From positions 100,790-164,789 of the forward strand of contig JACFNR010000001.1 in assembly GCA_019454765.1 (NCBI GenBank): DNA of 64,000 bases. Direction: 5' to 3'. The notes under the pieces are model-generated. The model ran no database searches, was not told the DNA's origin, and was given only the letters and a program-made list of their open reading frames with translations. Source of the stretch: Trueperaceae bacterium (GTDB lineage: Bacteria > Deinococcota > Deinococci > Deinococcales > Trueperaceae). Numbering within the stretch: position 1 is the stretch's first letter; every line of letters starts with the position of its first letter. Shown piece by piece: positions 19,368-32,702 of the stretch. A program made the position numbers and the translations under genes.

Positions 19368-20657
19368 CTAGCCGAGCCGGGCCGTGCCCAGGTACGGCCT
19401 AAGCGCCTCCGGCACCGCGACGCCGCCCTCCTCGTCCTGGTAGGTCTCGACCAGCGCGGCGATGGTGCGCGGGAACGCCAGCGCGCTGCCGTTCAGCGTG
19501 TGCACCGCCTCCGTCTTGCCCTTGCCGGCCGCGCCGCCGGCACGGCAGCGGGTCTTCAGGCGGTTCGCCTGGAACGCCTCCATGTTGCTGACGCTCGACA
19601 CCTCCAGCCACCGCTCCTGGCCCGGGCTCCACACCTCGAGGTCGTACTTCTTGGCCTGCGTGAAACCGAGGTCGCCCGTGCACATGAGCAGTCGCCGGTA
19701 CGGCAAGCCGAGCGCCTCCAGCATCCCCTCCGACAGCGCGGTCATGTCCTCCAGGGCCGCGTACGACGTCCCGCCCGCCACGAACTGCACCATCTCGACC
19801 TTGTCGAACTGGTGGACGCGGTTGAGGCCGCGCACGTCCTTGCCGTGGCTGCCCGCCTCCCGCCGGAAGCAGGGCGTGAACGCCGCGTACCTGATGGGGA
19901 GATCCTCGCTCGCGAGGATCTCGCCGCGGTGGAGGTTCGTGACAGGCACTTCCGAGGTGGGGATCAGGAAGAAGCCGTCCGTCACCTCGTACATCTGACC
20001 TTCCTTGTCGGGCAGCTGGCCGGTGGCGGTGGCCGAGGCCGCGTTCACCATCAGGGGCGGGGCGACCTCGACGTAGCCGGCGGCCGCCAGGCGGTCGAGG
20101 AAGAAGTCGCGCAGGGCGCGCACCAGCCGGGCGCCCTCCCCCCTGAACACCGGGAAGCCCGCCCCGGTGAGCCTGATGCCGGCCTCGAAGTCGACCCAGC
20201 CGCGGTCCGCGAGGAGGTCCCAGTGGGGCACGGGCGTGAACGCGAACTCCCGCCGGCTGCCCCACTCCTTGACCACCACGTTGTCGTGCTCGCTCGCCCC
20301 GTACGGCACGCTCGCGTGCGGGACGTTGGGGATCTCGAGCATCAGCTCGTCGAGTTCGGCCTGCAGCGACCGCTCGCGGTCCTCCAGCCTCTTGACGCGC
20401 TCCGACAGCGCGCTCATCTCGGCCATGAGCTCGGGCGCGCCTCGGCCCTCGCGCTTGAGTTGCCCCACCAGTCGCGCGTTCGCGTTGCGCTGCGCCTGTC
20501 CCGCCTCCAGCTCGCTCCGCAGGAGCCGCGCCTCCTCGTCGACGAGGAGCAGGCGGTCGAGCTTGGCGAGGGCACCCCGCAGTTGCTTGGCCTCGATGGC
20601 CCGCCTAACGGCGGATGAGTTCTCGCGGATGAAGCGCAGGTCGAGCATGAGGGCCAT
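19368..20657 (-). CDS. serS: Serine--tRNA ligase
   Basis: Has an N-terminal coiled-coil arm and class II motifs (TPCFRREAGSHGKDVRGLNRVHQF, GSALA). The start is ATG 20657 or, more canonically, ATG 20648 (MLDLRFIREN). Confidence 0.92.
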   Translation of the reverse strand: MALMLDLRFIRENSSAVRRAIEAKQLRGALAKLDRLLLVDEEARLLRSELEAGQAQRNANARLVGQLKREGRGAPELMAEMSALSERVKRLEDRERSLQAELDELMLEIPNVPHASVPYGASEHDNVVVKEWGSRREFAFTPVPHWDLLADRGWVDFEAGIRLTGAGFPVFRGEGARLVRALRDFFLDRLAAAGYVEVAPPLMVNAASATATGQLPDKEGQMYEVTDGFFLIPTSEVPVTNLHRGEILASEDLPIRYAAFTPCFRREAGSHGKDVRGLNRVHQFDKVEMVQFVAGGTSYAALEDMTALSEGMLEALGLPYRRLLMCTGDLGFTQAKKYDLEVWSPGQERWLEVSSVSNMEAFQANRLKTRCRAGGAAGKGKTEAVHTLNGSALAFPRTIAALVETYQDEEGGVAVPEALRPYLGTARLG

Positions 20658-20785
20658 TCTAACGACGCGGCGCTCCACCCTGCCCCGCGGCGGGGGCGCG
20701 GGTGAGCGGAACCTCGCAGCCGCCGCCGGGGGGCGCGGGTATATTCGGGTCACGACGCGCTCGGCGCGCGGGTCGTAGGTGAGCG

Positions 20786-21880
20786 GTGTTCAAGAGGATC
20801 TTCGCAAGCGGCACCAGCACGGCCGCGCTCGACGCCTTGACCGTCGGCGAGGCGCTGCTCCGCGCCCGCACGGCCAAGGAGATCGGGCACGAGGCCCTGG
20901 CGGCCCTCTGCGCAGGCCTCGCCGGCGACGTGCGCGCCTACCTCGTCACCGGCTCGGCCGAGGACGGCTACCGCTTCGAGGCGCAGCACGGTTACGGAGA
21001 CGCCCTCTTACAGCTCCCCGCCGTCAACGGTCCGTGGCGCAGCCCCGGGCCCCGCGTGGTGCCCAACCCGCTCGCCGAGCTGTTCACGAGCAACGAACCG
21101 GAGCTGCGGTCGGAGTACGGCGCCCTCGGCCTCCGCGAGGCCGCCACGGCGCTGGTGGTGCCGGTGGCCGGTCGCTACGAGCGCTACGGCGCCCTCACCG
21201 TCACGCGCCACGGCGCGCCCGCCTTCGGCGACGACGACGTCAAGCTCGCCGGCCGCTGGGCGGCCGTGCTGGGGGAGGCCCTCGGGCGGGCGAGCGAACT
21301 CCGCTTGGCGAAGCTCAGCCTCGTGCAGTTCACGCGAGCCTTCGTGCAGGCGTTCGAATCGCCCCACTTCGCGCAGCTCGGGCACGCCGAGCGCGTCACC
21401 GCCTACGCCCTGGCCATCGGCCGGGCGCAGGGCATGTCACGCGCCCAGCTCGCCGACCTCTACTTCGCCGCCATGCTCCACGACATCGGCAAGCTCGGCA
21501 ACGGCCTCGACCCGAGCATCGAGGACCTGGAGCACCCGCAGCGCGGCGCCAACATGGTGGCCGTCTCCGACCTGCTGCTCACGGCCGCCGAGGGCATCAG
21601 GCACCACCACGAGGCGTGGGACGGCTCCGGCTTCCCGGACGGCCTCCGCAAGGAGGGGATCCCGGTGGCGGCGCGCATCGTCGCCGTCGCCGACACGTTC
21701 GACCTACTGAGCAGCGAACGCGGACGGGCGCTGCCCCTGCGCGACGTGGAGAAGGCGCTCGACGCCCAGGCAGGCAAGACCCTCGACCCCGCCACCGTGG
21801 CGCTGCTCCTGCACGTGCTCCGCCAGGGTCGCAGCACGCAAGAGCTCGCCAACCTGAGCGACGACGACCTACCGTTCTGA
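20786..21880 (+). CDS. GAF-like sensor / HD-GYP domain phosphohydrolase
   Basis: Has HAERV, MLHDIGKL and HHHEAWDGSGFPDGL (a GFP variant of GYP). The roughly 180-aa N-terminal domain is GAF-like. Confidence 0.8.
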   Translation: MFKRIFASGTSTAALDALTVGEALLRARTAKEIGHEALAALCAGLAGDVRAYLVTGSAEDGYRFEAQHGYGDALLQLPAVNGPWRSPGPRVVPNPLAELFTSNEPELRSEYGALGLREAATALVVPVAGRYERYGALTVTRHGAPAFGDDDVKLAGRWAAVLGEALGRASELRLAKLSLVQFTRAFVQAFESPHFAQLGHAERVTAYALAIGRAQGMSRAQLADLYFAAMLHDIGKLGNGLDPSIEDLEHPQRGANMVAVSDLLLTAAEGIRHHHEAWDGSGFPDGLRKEGIPVAARIVAVADTFDLLSSERGRALPLRDVEKALDAQAGKTLDPATVALLLHVLRQGRSTQELANLSDDDLPF

Positions 21881-21927
21881 GCGGCCACGGTGTCGGGCGC
21901 TCCCGGGAGCGGTGGTAGATTGACGCC

Positions 21928-22647
21928 ATGTCGGTCGAGGTGATGAGCTACCGTCTCACGTACCGCGGCAAGCCCGCCGGGACGCAGGTGCTGAAGAGCG
22001 AGCTGCGCGGGCGCCACGCCCGGTTGGAGGGGCGGTCCCAGTTCCAGGGGCCGCTCGGCACCTCCACCGTGGTGCAGAAGAGCCGGAGTCACGCGCAGCG
22101 CTACTTCTCGCTCCGCTACCTGGAGGAGACTCAGGAGCGCAACGAGAGCCGAAGCCTCGACGTGACGTTCGACGCCGCCACCGGGCTGGTGACCGCCGTG
22201 AAGGGCCCGAAGGATCAGGCCGCCATCCCGTACCTAGTCCCCTTCCGCGACCCCCTCGGGCTGCTCTACGAGCTCCGCGCGCTCGACGCCCCGGCGCAAC
22301 CCGCCACCGTCCCGATGCTCGGCAAGGACGTGCGCGTGCAGTTCGCGGGCGTGGTCGACCTCGAGACGGCGCTCGGTCAACGTCGGGCGCGCGCCTACCT
22401 GCTTCACCCGGGCCAGAGCGTCGTCTACGTCGACGTGGCCGAGCCCCACCACATCCTCAAGCTGACGCAGCGCCTGGCCGAAGGGCACCTGGACGCGCTG
22501 CTCGTGAAGGTCGGCAGCGAGCCGTCCCTCGAGCCGTTCGGGGAGGCGCCGCCGCCACGCCGCAGCAAGGGCGGCCGCGACAAGGCAGAGCGCGACAAGG
22601 GCGACCAACCCCAGAAGCGGCGACCCCGTCGGCGGCGGCGCCGCTGA
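21928..22647 (+). CDS. Hypothetical protein (possibly DUF3108-like) with poly-Arg C-terminus
   Basis: Strong GC3 bias and no signal peptide. It ends KRRPRRRRRR. The family assignment is tentative. Confidence 0.55.
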   Translation: MSVEVMSYRLTYRGKPAGTQVLKSELRGRHARLEGRSQFQGPLGTSTVVQKSRSHAQRYFSLRYLEETQERNESRSLDVTFDAATGLVTAVKGPKDQAAIPYLVPFRDPLGLLYELRALDAPAQPATVPMLGKDVRVQFAGVVDLETALGQRRARAYLLHPGQSVVYVDVAEPHHILKLTQRLAEGHLDALLVKVGSEPSLEPFGEAPPPRRSKGGRDKAERDKGDQPQKRRPRRRRRR

Positions 22648-23993
22648 TCGCCATCACCGCCGCACCGTGACGCAGGCAGCGGAGGACGACGCGCTCGCGT
22701 GGCTCTACTCGCGCTCGCGTGCCGGCGGGGAGCGCACGAGCGCGCGCGCCGCGGCGCTCCTCGCCGCACTCGGCCTCGCGCCGCCGCCCCTGACCGCCGT
22801 CGTGGTGGGAACGAACGGCAAGGGCACGGTCACGGCCATGATGGCCGCCGGGCTGAGCGCCGCCGGGCGGGTCACGGGCCGCTTCCTCTCCCCTCACGTG
22901 GAGGCGTTCGAGGAGCGCGTCGCGGTCGCCGGGAACCCGACCACCCGAGGGCGCGTGGCGGAGTTCGTGCGAGCGGCGCGGGACCTGGACGCCGCGTGGC
23001 CCCACGGCGAGGCCACGCGCCCTGCCTTCTTCGAATGGGTGTTGGCGTTCGCGCTCGACGAGTTCAACCGGCTCGGGGCGGACGCCGCCGTGCTGGAAGC
23101 GGGCGTGGGTGGCCACCACGACGCCACGCGCGCGGTGGCGCCCCTGGCTCTGGCGGTCCTCACCAACGTCGACCTTGACCACGTCGAGACGCTCGGCGGC
23201 AGCCTGGAGGCCATCGCGCGAGACAAGGCGCTGGCCTTCCGGCCCGGCGTACCCGCCGTCTGCGGCGCGACCCAGCCCGGGGTGCTGGCCGTCGTCGGCT
23301 CGGTCGCCGCCGAGCTCGGCGCGCCCCTCCACGTCGACCCGTTCGCCGCCGGCGGAGGTGGCGAGGCCGCGCTGTTCACCCTCCCGCGCGCCGTGGAGCG
23401 CGCGCTGGGCGAGCCCGGCACGGCGGGCGGGCTCCGCCGCGCCAACCGCCGGGCCAACTCGCGGCTCGCGGCCGCCGCGCTGCGCCTGCTGGGCGTCGAC
23501 GAGGCGGGCGTGGCGGCGGGCCTCACCGCACCGGCGCTGCCGGCGCGACTCGAGCGGTTCCTGCTGCCGCCGGCCGCGGTCGGCTCGCGACCCGTGCTGG
23601 TCGTCCTGGACGGCGCGCACGACCCGGCCGCCGCCGACCGCCTCGCCGGCGAGGTCGAGCCCGGCTACGTGCTGCTCTTCGGGGCGCTGGCGCGCAAACA
23701 GGGGCGGGAGGTCCTCGAACGCCTGGCGCCGCGCGCCGCCGGCGTGGTCGTGACCGACGCCGCCACCGGCGAGCCGGCGGCGCACGCCCGCGCCGGCGAC
23801 GTGTACCTGCCAGACACCGCCGCCGCCCTCGCCGCCGCGCTGGCGCTGGCGGAGGCGACACCGACCGACCAGCCGACTGTGGTGGTGGCCGGCTCGCTCT
23901 ACCTGGCCGGCCTCGTGCGCCCCCTGTTGCGGGCGGCCGGGACCAGGCTGATGGACCCGTGGGAAGGTCCGGCGCCGCGCCCCGCGGCGGGGC

Positions 23994-25160
<1,167 letters not shown>

Positions 25161-25263
25161 GGCTCGTCGCCGCTCACGGCGCGCCTGACCCAGGTTCGCT
25201 TCATGCGGTCAGTCTAGTGGGCGCCCGCGGCGGACCGGTGTGACATTCCGCGCGGCCCCGGCG

Positions 25264-26049
<786 letters not shown>

Positions 26050-26089
26050 ACGGAACCTCCTTGGTATCGAGCCGGGACGGTCACGGCGC

Positions 26090-27307
26090 TCACCTCTCCC
26101 CCACGCCCAGCCGCCGCTCCAGCTGCCTGGAGGCGACGGACATCCGGAACGCGAAGAAGAAGTAGATGGCGGCCACGAACAGGAACACCTCCAGCTTCAC
26201 ACCACCCGTCACCAGTAGCGCCTCGGGTTGTGCGGTCACCACGTCGCCGACCTTGAAGAAGTCCATCAGGCCGACGATGAAGACGAGCGAGGTGTCCTTG
26301 AACAGGCCGATGGCCTGCCCGACGATGGCGGGGATGACGGCGCGCAGCGCCTGCGGCAGGACGATCAGCAGGGTGGTCTGCCAGCCGGACAGGCCGAGGG
26401 CGCGAGCCGCCTCCGTCTGGCCGCGCGGCACCGCTTGCAGCCCGCCGCGCACGTTCTCGGCCATGTAGGCGGCGGAGAAGAGCGTGATGGCGACGTACGC
26501 CCGCATGATGGCGGGAAGCGAGTTGGCGTCGACGTTCAGGAGGAGCGGCAGCAGGAGCGAGGCGATGAACAGCCACATGATCAGCGGCGCCCCGCGGATC
26601 ACCTCGATGAACGTGATGCAGATGTACTTGATGGCGGGGAGCTTGCTGTTGCGCCCGAGTGCCAGCGCGATGCCGAGCGGGAAGCTCGGGACGATGCCGG
26701 TGAACAGGATGAGCGTGAGCAGGAAGCCGCCCCAGTCGCGCACGGGGACCTTGGCTAGCGGCCCCGCCGCCGTGAAGCCAGACAACACGAGGTAGCCGAG
26801 CACGAGCCACGCCCCCCACGCCCACGGCAGCTGCCTGACGGACGCGCGGGGCCAGCGCGCGCCGACGAGGTAGCCGACGGCGCCGAGCACGACGACCATG
26901 GGCCACAGGTAGCGCACGCTGGGCCAGAAGACGACGGCCAGGACGGTGACGACGAGGCAGAAGCCCCACAGGGCGGCGAAGGCGCCCCCGACGATGGACC
27001 TGAGCCCGCCGGCGCCGGCCATCACGCCCATGAGTCCGAGCATGACGGCGAGGCCGGCGAGGGGTCGCCAGAGCAGCTCGACGGGGTAGCGGTAGACCCC
27101 GAACAGCTTCATGTTCTTCCACACGAGGCCCCACGACGCCTCGACGAAGACGAAGGTGAGGAGGTTGTAGACGGCCCAGCCTAGCGCCACGGCCGCCACC
27201 ACGGTGAGCACCGAGTTGAAGGGTCCGGCGAACAGGTTGTGCCGCAGCCAGTGGCGGACGCCGCTCGACTTGGCGGGGGCGGGGCGGGCCGGGATCAGCT
27301 CGTGCAC
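26090..27307 (-). CDS. General L-amino-acid ABC transporter permease (AapM-like)
   Basis: 405 aa and polytopic, with an EAA-type loop ([27 protein letters not shown]). Confidence 0.88.
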   Translation of the reverse strand: MHELIPARPAPAKSSGVRHWLRHNLFAGPFNSVLTVVAAVALGWAVYNLLTFVFVEASWGLVWKNMKLFGVYRYPVELLWRPLAGLAVMLGLMGVMAGAGGLRSIVGGAFAALWGFCLVVTVLAVVFWPSVRYLWPMVVVLGAVGYLVGARWPRASVRQLPWAWGAWLVLGYLVLSGFTAAGPLAKVPVRDWGGFLLTLILFTGIVPSFPLGIALALGRNSKLPAIKYICITFIEVIRGAPLIMWLFIASLLLPLLLNVDANSLPAIMRAYVAITLFSAAYMAENVRGGLQAVPRGQTEAARALGLSGWQTTLLIVLPQALRAVIPAIVGQAIGLFKDTSLVFIVGLMDFFKVGDVVTAQPEALLVTGGVKLEVFLFVAAIYFFFAFRMSVASRQLERRLGVGER

Positions 27308-27308
27308 G

Positions 27309-29171
27309 TCACCGCTCCACCAACGCCAGGCGCGCGTTCACCTGGTTGAGGACGACCGAGAACGCCAGGCTGATGGCCAGGTAGCCCCCGACGAGGAGCA
27401 GCGCGATGGGGATGGCCGCTCCCGTCTGGTTCTGGATGACGCTCGCGATGACGAAGAACTCCGCGTAGCCCGCCAGGGAGGCGAGCGAGGAGTTCTTGGT
27501 CAGGTTGAGGTACTGGCTGATCATCGGGGGGAGGACGATGCGCATGGCCTGCGGGAAGACGACGAGCGTGAAAGTCTGGTAGCCCGACAGGCCGATCGCC
27601 TGCGCGGCCTCGCGTTGCCCCTTGGGCACCGCGAGGATGCCTCCGCGCACGATCTCGGCGATGAACGAGGAGGTGTAGACGACGAGCGCCAGGAGCAGGG
27701 CGAGGTAGTTCACGGTCAGCCTCATGCCGCCCTCGTAGTTCGCCACGGGGATGAAGGCGCGGCTCCACACGAGGGCGCCGACTGGCAGGATGGTCGTCTC
27801 GGCGGTCAGGCTACTCTCCTTCTGGGTCGCCGCGGTGCTGGCCTGGCCGAACGCTGAGAAGCGGCCGCTGGGCTTGGGCGCGGCGGTCGCGGCCGCCTCC
27901 TCGGCCCCGGCGTCGACGGCGGCCTTGAAGAGCGGCGTGCGCACCTGACCGTCGCGGTCCGACACGAGGGTGCGCCGGAAGTCCGTCAGGGTCATCACGA
28001 CCTCCACCCCGCCGTAGCCGCGGCCCGTCGCGGGGTCGATCTCCTCGCCGGCATCGAGCCTGTCGTTGCCGTTGCGGTCCGCGTACACGGAACCGATCGA
28101 GGGGAAGTCGCGGAAGGCGAGCTTGAGGCCCCGCTCCGCCGCGGCCGCCGGGTCGGCGAAGTCGACCGTCACCGCGGCCGCCTCGCGCTTGCCGATGAGC
28201 GGGAAGCGGACGGTGCCGCTGACCACCTCGCGGCTCTCGACGAGGTTCTGGCTCGTGGTGGTGAGCGTGGCGTGAGGCAGCTCGACCCGCACGGGCACGA
28301 ACGCGGCGGGGCGCGCCTGTCCGTCCGTCACGAACGAGGTGGTGCCGCGGCCCCGATCCGCCTCGAAGGTCACCCGCAGGTCAGGGGGCACGCTCGGGTT
28401 CAGGTAGGTGGTCGCGAGACCGACGCCGGCAACCGCCACGAACGCCACGAGCGGGTAGGGCCACACGCGGCCGACCACGTCGAGGCGCCTGAGCTGGGCG
28501 CGGCGCCACAGCAGCGCGGCGACCGCGAGCACCAAGGCGGCCGCCAGCCACGGGAACCAGGCCGAGAAGCGGTACGTGGGGTAGAGGAACGGGAAGCCGA
28601 GGCCGACGTTCGACATGAGTAGGCCGCCCGGCAGGGCCACCGGGTCGGAGATGCGCGGCGGGAACGGTAGCAAGATAGCGGAGTACCAGAAGACGATCTG
28701 GACTGCCAGGGGGATGTTCCTGAGCACCTCGATGTAGACGCTCGCGATGGTGCGCACGAGCCAGTTGGCAGATAGGCGCATGACGCCGAACAGCACCCCG
28801 AGGACGGTGGCGAGGGCGACGCCCACGAGGGCCACCTTGAGGGTGTTGAGGAAGCCGATGAGGAGGGCGCGAGCGTAGCTGTCGGTGCCCTCGTATGGGA
28901 TGGGGCGCTCGGCGATGGGGAGGTGGGCGGGTCTGGGCAGGAAGGAGAAGTCGGCGGGGAGGTTGGCGGCGGCGAGCGCCGTCACCACGTTGTTCACCAG
29001 AACGCCTATGCCCGCCACGATGGCGAACACGAAGGCGATCTGCGCGATGATGCCGATGACCTTGACGTTGCGCCAGAACGGCACCACGTTGTCGCCGGAC
29101 TTGCCCCGAAGTTGTGCGTCTACCACGTGGCCTCGTCTATCGATCCGGTCTCGTCGGGAGGGACCGCGCAC
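27309..29171 (-). CDS. General L-amino-acid ABC transporter permease (AapQ-like) with large periplasmic insertion
   Basis: Has the conserved core (SYARALLIGFLNTLKVA; GQREAAQAIGLSGYQTFTLVVFPQAMR). At 620 aa it is about 200 aa longer than usual. Confidence 0.85.
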   Translation of the reverse strand: MRGPSRRDRIDRRGHVVDAQLRGKSGDNVVPFWRNVKVIGIIAQIAFVFAIVAGIGVLVNNVVTALAAANLPADFSFLPRPAHLPIAERPIPYEGTDSYARALLIGFLNTLKVALVGVALATVLGVLFGVMRLSANWLVRTIASVYIEVLRNIPLAVQIVFWYSAILLPFPPRISDPVALPGGLLMSNVGLGFPFLYPTYRFSAWFPWLAAALVLAVAALLWRRAQLRRLDVVGRVWPYPLVAFVAVAGVGLATTYLNPSVPPDLRVTFEADRGRGTTSFVTDGQARPAAFVPVRVELPHATLTTTSQNLVESREVVSGTVRFPLIGKREAAAVTVDFADPAAAAERGLKLAFRDFPSIGSVYADRNGNDRLDAGEEIDPATGRGYGGVEVVMTLTDFRRTLVSDRDGQVRTPLFKAAVDAGAEEAAATAAPKPSGRFSAFGQASTAATQKESSLTAETTILPVGALVWSRAFIPVANYEGGMRLTVNYLALLLALVVYTSSFIAEIVRGGILAVPKGQREAAQAIGLSGYQTFTLVVFPQAMRIVLPPMISQYLNLTKNSSLASLAGYAEFFVIASVIQNQTGAAIPIALLLVGGYLAISLAFSVVLNQVNARLALVER

Positions 29172-29287
29172 CCACCGTGGCGGCCGCCAGCGGGGGTCTG
29201 CGGACCCGCGACGCCGGCCGGAGCCTGGTTGACTCCGGGATCCGGCGCCGCGGGTTGACGTCAGTCAGCCTTCACTCGTGGCGAACG

Positions 29288-30313
29288 TCAGTTGAAGGGG
29301 AAGCCGTAGATGAGGCCGCCCTCGTAGTACTGGGCGTTGAGGCCGCGCTCGAGCCCGAAGACAGAGCCGGCGCCCAGGTTGCGTTCGAAGATCTCGCCGT
29401 AGTTGCCTACCGCCTTGATGGCCTGGTAGAAGGCGTCGGCGCGGAGGCCGAAGGCCTGGACGTACGACTCGGAGCCGGGGGCGCCGAGGAGGCGCTTGAC
29501 CTGCGGGTCCTGCGCGTTGACGAGCATGTCGTCGACGTTGGCCTGCGTGACGCCGTACTCCTCGGCGTTGAAGAGGGCGAACACGGTCCAGGTGACGACG
29601 TCGAACCACTGGTCGTCGCCGTGCAGCACGGCCGGCCCCAGGGGCTCCTTCGAGATCACGATTGGCAGGATCTTGTGGTCATCCGGCTGACGCAGCTGCA
29701 GCTGGTAGGAGAGGAGGCCCGAGGTGTCGGTCGTCCAACCGTCGCACTGACCGTCGTCGTACGCCTTGATGAGCACGGGCGCGGTCTCGAAGATGACGGG
29801 CGTGAACGAGATGCCGAGGCCCGACAGGGTGGTCTGGAGGTTGGTCTCGGTGGTCGTGCCGGACTGCACGCATACCGCGCGGCCCTCGAAGTCGGCGAGG
29901 GAGTTGATGCCCGAGTCCTTGCGAACCATGAAGCCCTGGCCGTCGTAGTACGTCGTGGGACCGAAGTTGGCGCCCCAGTCGGTCTCGCGGAGGCTCGTGC
30001 GGGTGGTGTTGCGCAGCAGCACGTCGATCTCGCCGGACTGGAGGGCGGTGGGCCGCTCGCCGGCCGTGAGGGGCCGGTAGACGACCTTGGAGGCGTCGCC
30101 GAAGACGGCGGCGGCGATGGCCTTGCAGAAGTCGATGTCGAAGCCCTGGTAGTTGCCGTCGGCGTCGACGAAACCGAAGCCGGTCAGGGTGGCGTTGACG
30201 CCGCAGCGAAGCTCGCCGCGGTCCTTGATGGCCTGGAGTCGCCCCTGGGCGAACACCGAGGAGGCGCCGACGAGCAGCGCCAACGACAAGAGGATCCGGA
30301 TGGTTCGAGACAT
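29288..30313 (-). CDS. Amino-acid ABC transporter substrate-binding protein (AapJ-like)
   Basis: Has a signal peptide and an SBP_bac_3-like fold (GVNATLTGFGFVDADGNYQGFDIDFCKAIA). It is the first gene of the J-Q-M-P order. Confidence 0.88.
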   Translation of the reverse strand: MSRTIRILLSLALLVGASSVFAQGRLQAIKDRGELRCGVNATLTGFGFVDADGNYQGFDIDFCKAIAAAVFGDASKVVYRPLTAGERPTALQSGEIDVLLRNTTRTSLRETDWGANFGPTTYYDGQGFMVRKDSGINSLADFEGRAVCVQSGTTTETNLQTTLSGLGISFTPVIFETAPVLIKAYDDGQCDGWTTDTSGLLSYQLQLRQPDDHKILPIVISKEPLGPAVLHGDDQWFDVVTWTVFALFNAEEYGVTQANVDDMLVNAQDPQVKRLLGAPGSESYVQAFGLRADAFYQAIKAVGNYGEIFERNLGAGSVFGLERGLNAQYYEGGLIYGFPFN

Positions 30314-30388
30314 TAATCCACCTTCCTACGAGCGTGCGAGGACTGATTTTCGACTCCCCTTCGAGGGAGGTTGAAAGGGGTCATCAGG

Positions 30389-30418
30389 ACTTTATCCGGA
30401 AGGCGCTGGTCGTGTCAA
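30389..30418 (-). promoter_or_regulatory. Candidate sigma70-type promoter, TTGACA-18 nt-TAAAGT, for the amino-acid ABC operon
   Basis: On the minus strand the -35 TTGACA is at 30418-30413 and the -10 TAAAGT at 30394-30389. This is about 75 nt upstream of the aapJ-like ATG (30313), which is preceded by GGAAGGTGGA. Confidence 0.45.
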
Positions 30419-30498
30419 AGCGAGGCACGTCGTGCAGCACGGCGGCGGCGCGCACGGCGCGGTTGCGGTCCGGCGTGACCCTCCCGCTCGAACGCGAA

Positions 30499-30523
30499 CG
30501 GGAGCACCCGCTGGGTGCTCCCG
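30499..30523 (-). terminator. Perfect 11-bp GC-rich hairpin downstream of V-ATPase subunit D (no U-tract)
   Basis: The stem cgggagcaccc / gggtgctcccg has a 3-nt loop and lies about 80 nt past the atpD stop. There is no poly-U, so function as an intrinsic terminator is uncertain. Confidence 0.35.
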
Positions 30524-30598
30524 CCACGTACTCGCTCGCTGGCCGTGCCGCCGGCCTGGTGGGCCGCCGGGTCGTGGCGCCCGGCGGCGCCCCGAGCC

Positions 30599-31243
30599 TC
30601 ACGCCTTGGCGGCGTCGGCCTCGTCTCGCGCCTCGAGCTTCGCCTTGATGCGCTTCAGCGTCGTCACTTCCTCGAGCGCGCGCTGATCCAGCACGCTCCT
30701 GATGTGCCGGATCTCGTAGTTGATGCCGGGGATGACGAGCTGCTCGAGCGCGTTGACGCGCCGGTTGGTCTTCTTGATCTCCTCGCCGATCTTGCGCAGC
30801 CGCGTCTCCGTGGCGGCCACCTTCACGATGGCCTCGACGAGCTTGCGGAACTGCCTCGCCGCCTCCAGCGTCGACGTTCCGGCGCCCACGGGTGAGAACG
30901 GCAGGGCGGCGTCGAAGCTTGGCGGCTGCACCTGGGGCACCTTCACCCCGAAGATGTTCTCCATCTTCAGGGGGATCTCCAGGCCCTGGTGTTGGGCGAG
31001 CGCGAGGCTGCCGACGGCCTCCGGGCCGTCCCAGGCGTTGGCGAGGAAGAGGGCGAAGTAGGCGTCGCGGCTCGCCTGTTGCAGCTGGCGGCGCGCCTCG
31101 AGCGACGCCTTGACGAGGGCGAAGAACTCCCCGACGAGGGCGTCGCGCTTGCGCTTGAGCAGGTCGGCGCCGCGGATGGCGAGCTTGGCCTGGTCGCGCC
31201 TCTGCAAGAGGTTCGACCTGGTGGGTGCGACGTTCTCAGCCAC
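30599..31243 (-). CDS. atpD: V/A-type ATP synthase subunit D
   Basis: Starts MAENVAPTRSNLL and is coiled-coil rich. It is the last gene of the V-ATPase operon. GGAGG lies upstream of the GTG start. Confidence 0.92.
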   Translation of the reverse strand: MAENVAPTRSNLLQRRDQAKLAIRGADLLKRKRDALVGEFFALVKASLEARRQLQQASRDAYFALFLANAWDGPEAVGSLALAQHQGLEIPLKMENIFGVKVPQVQPPSFDAALPFSPVGAGTSTLEAARQFRKLVEAIVKVAATETRLRKIGEEIKKTNRRVNALEQLVIPGINYEIRHIRSVLDQRALEEVTTLKRIKAKLEARDEADAAKA

Positions 31244-31264
31244 TACCTGACCTCCTTCCGCGCC

Positions 31265-32689
<1,425 letters not shown>

Positions 32690-32702
32690 CTCTCTCCTAG
32701 CC

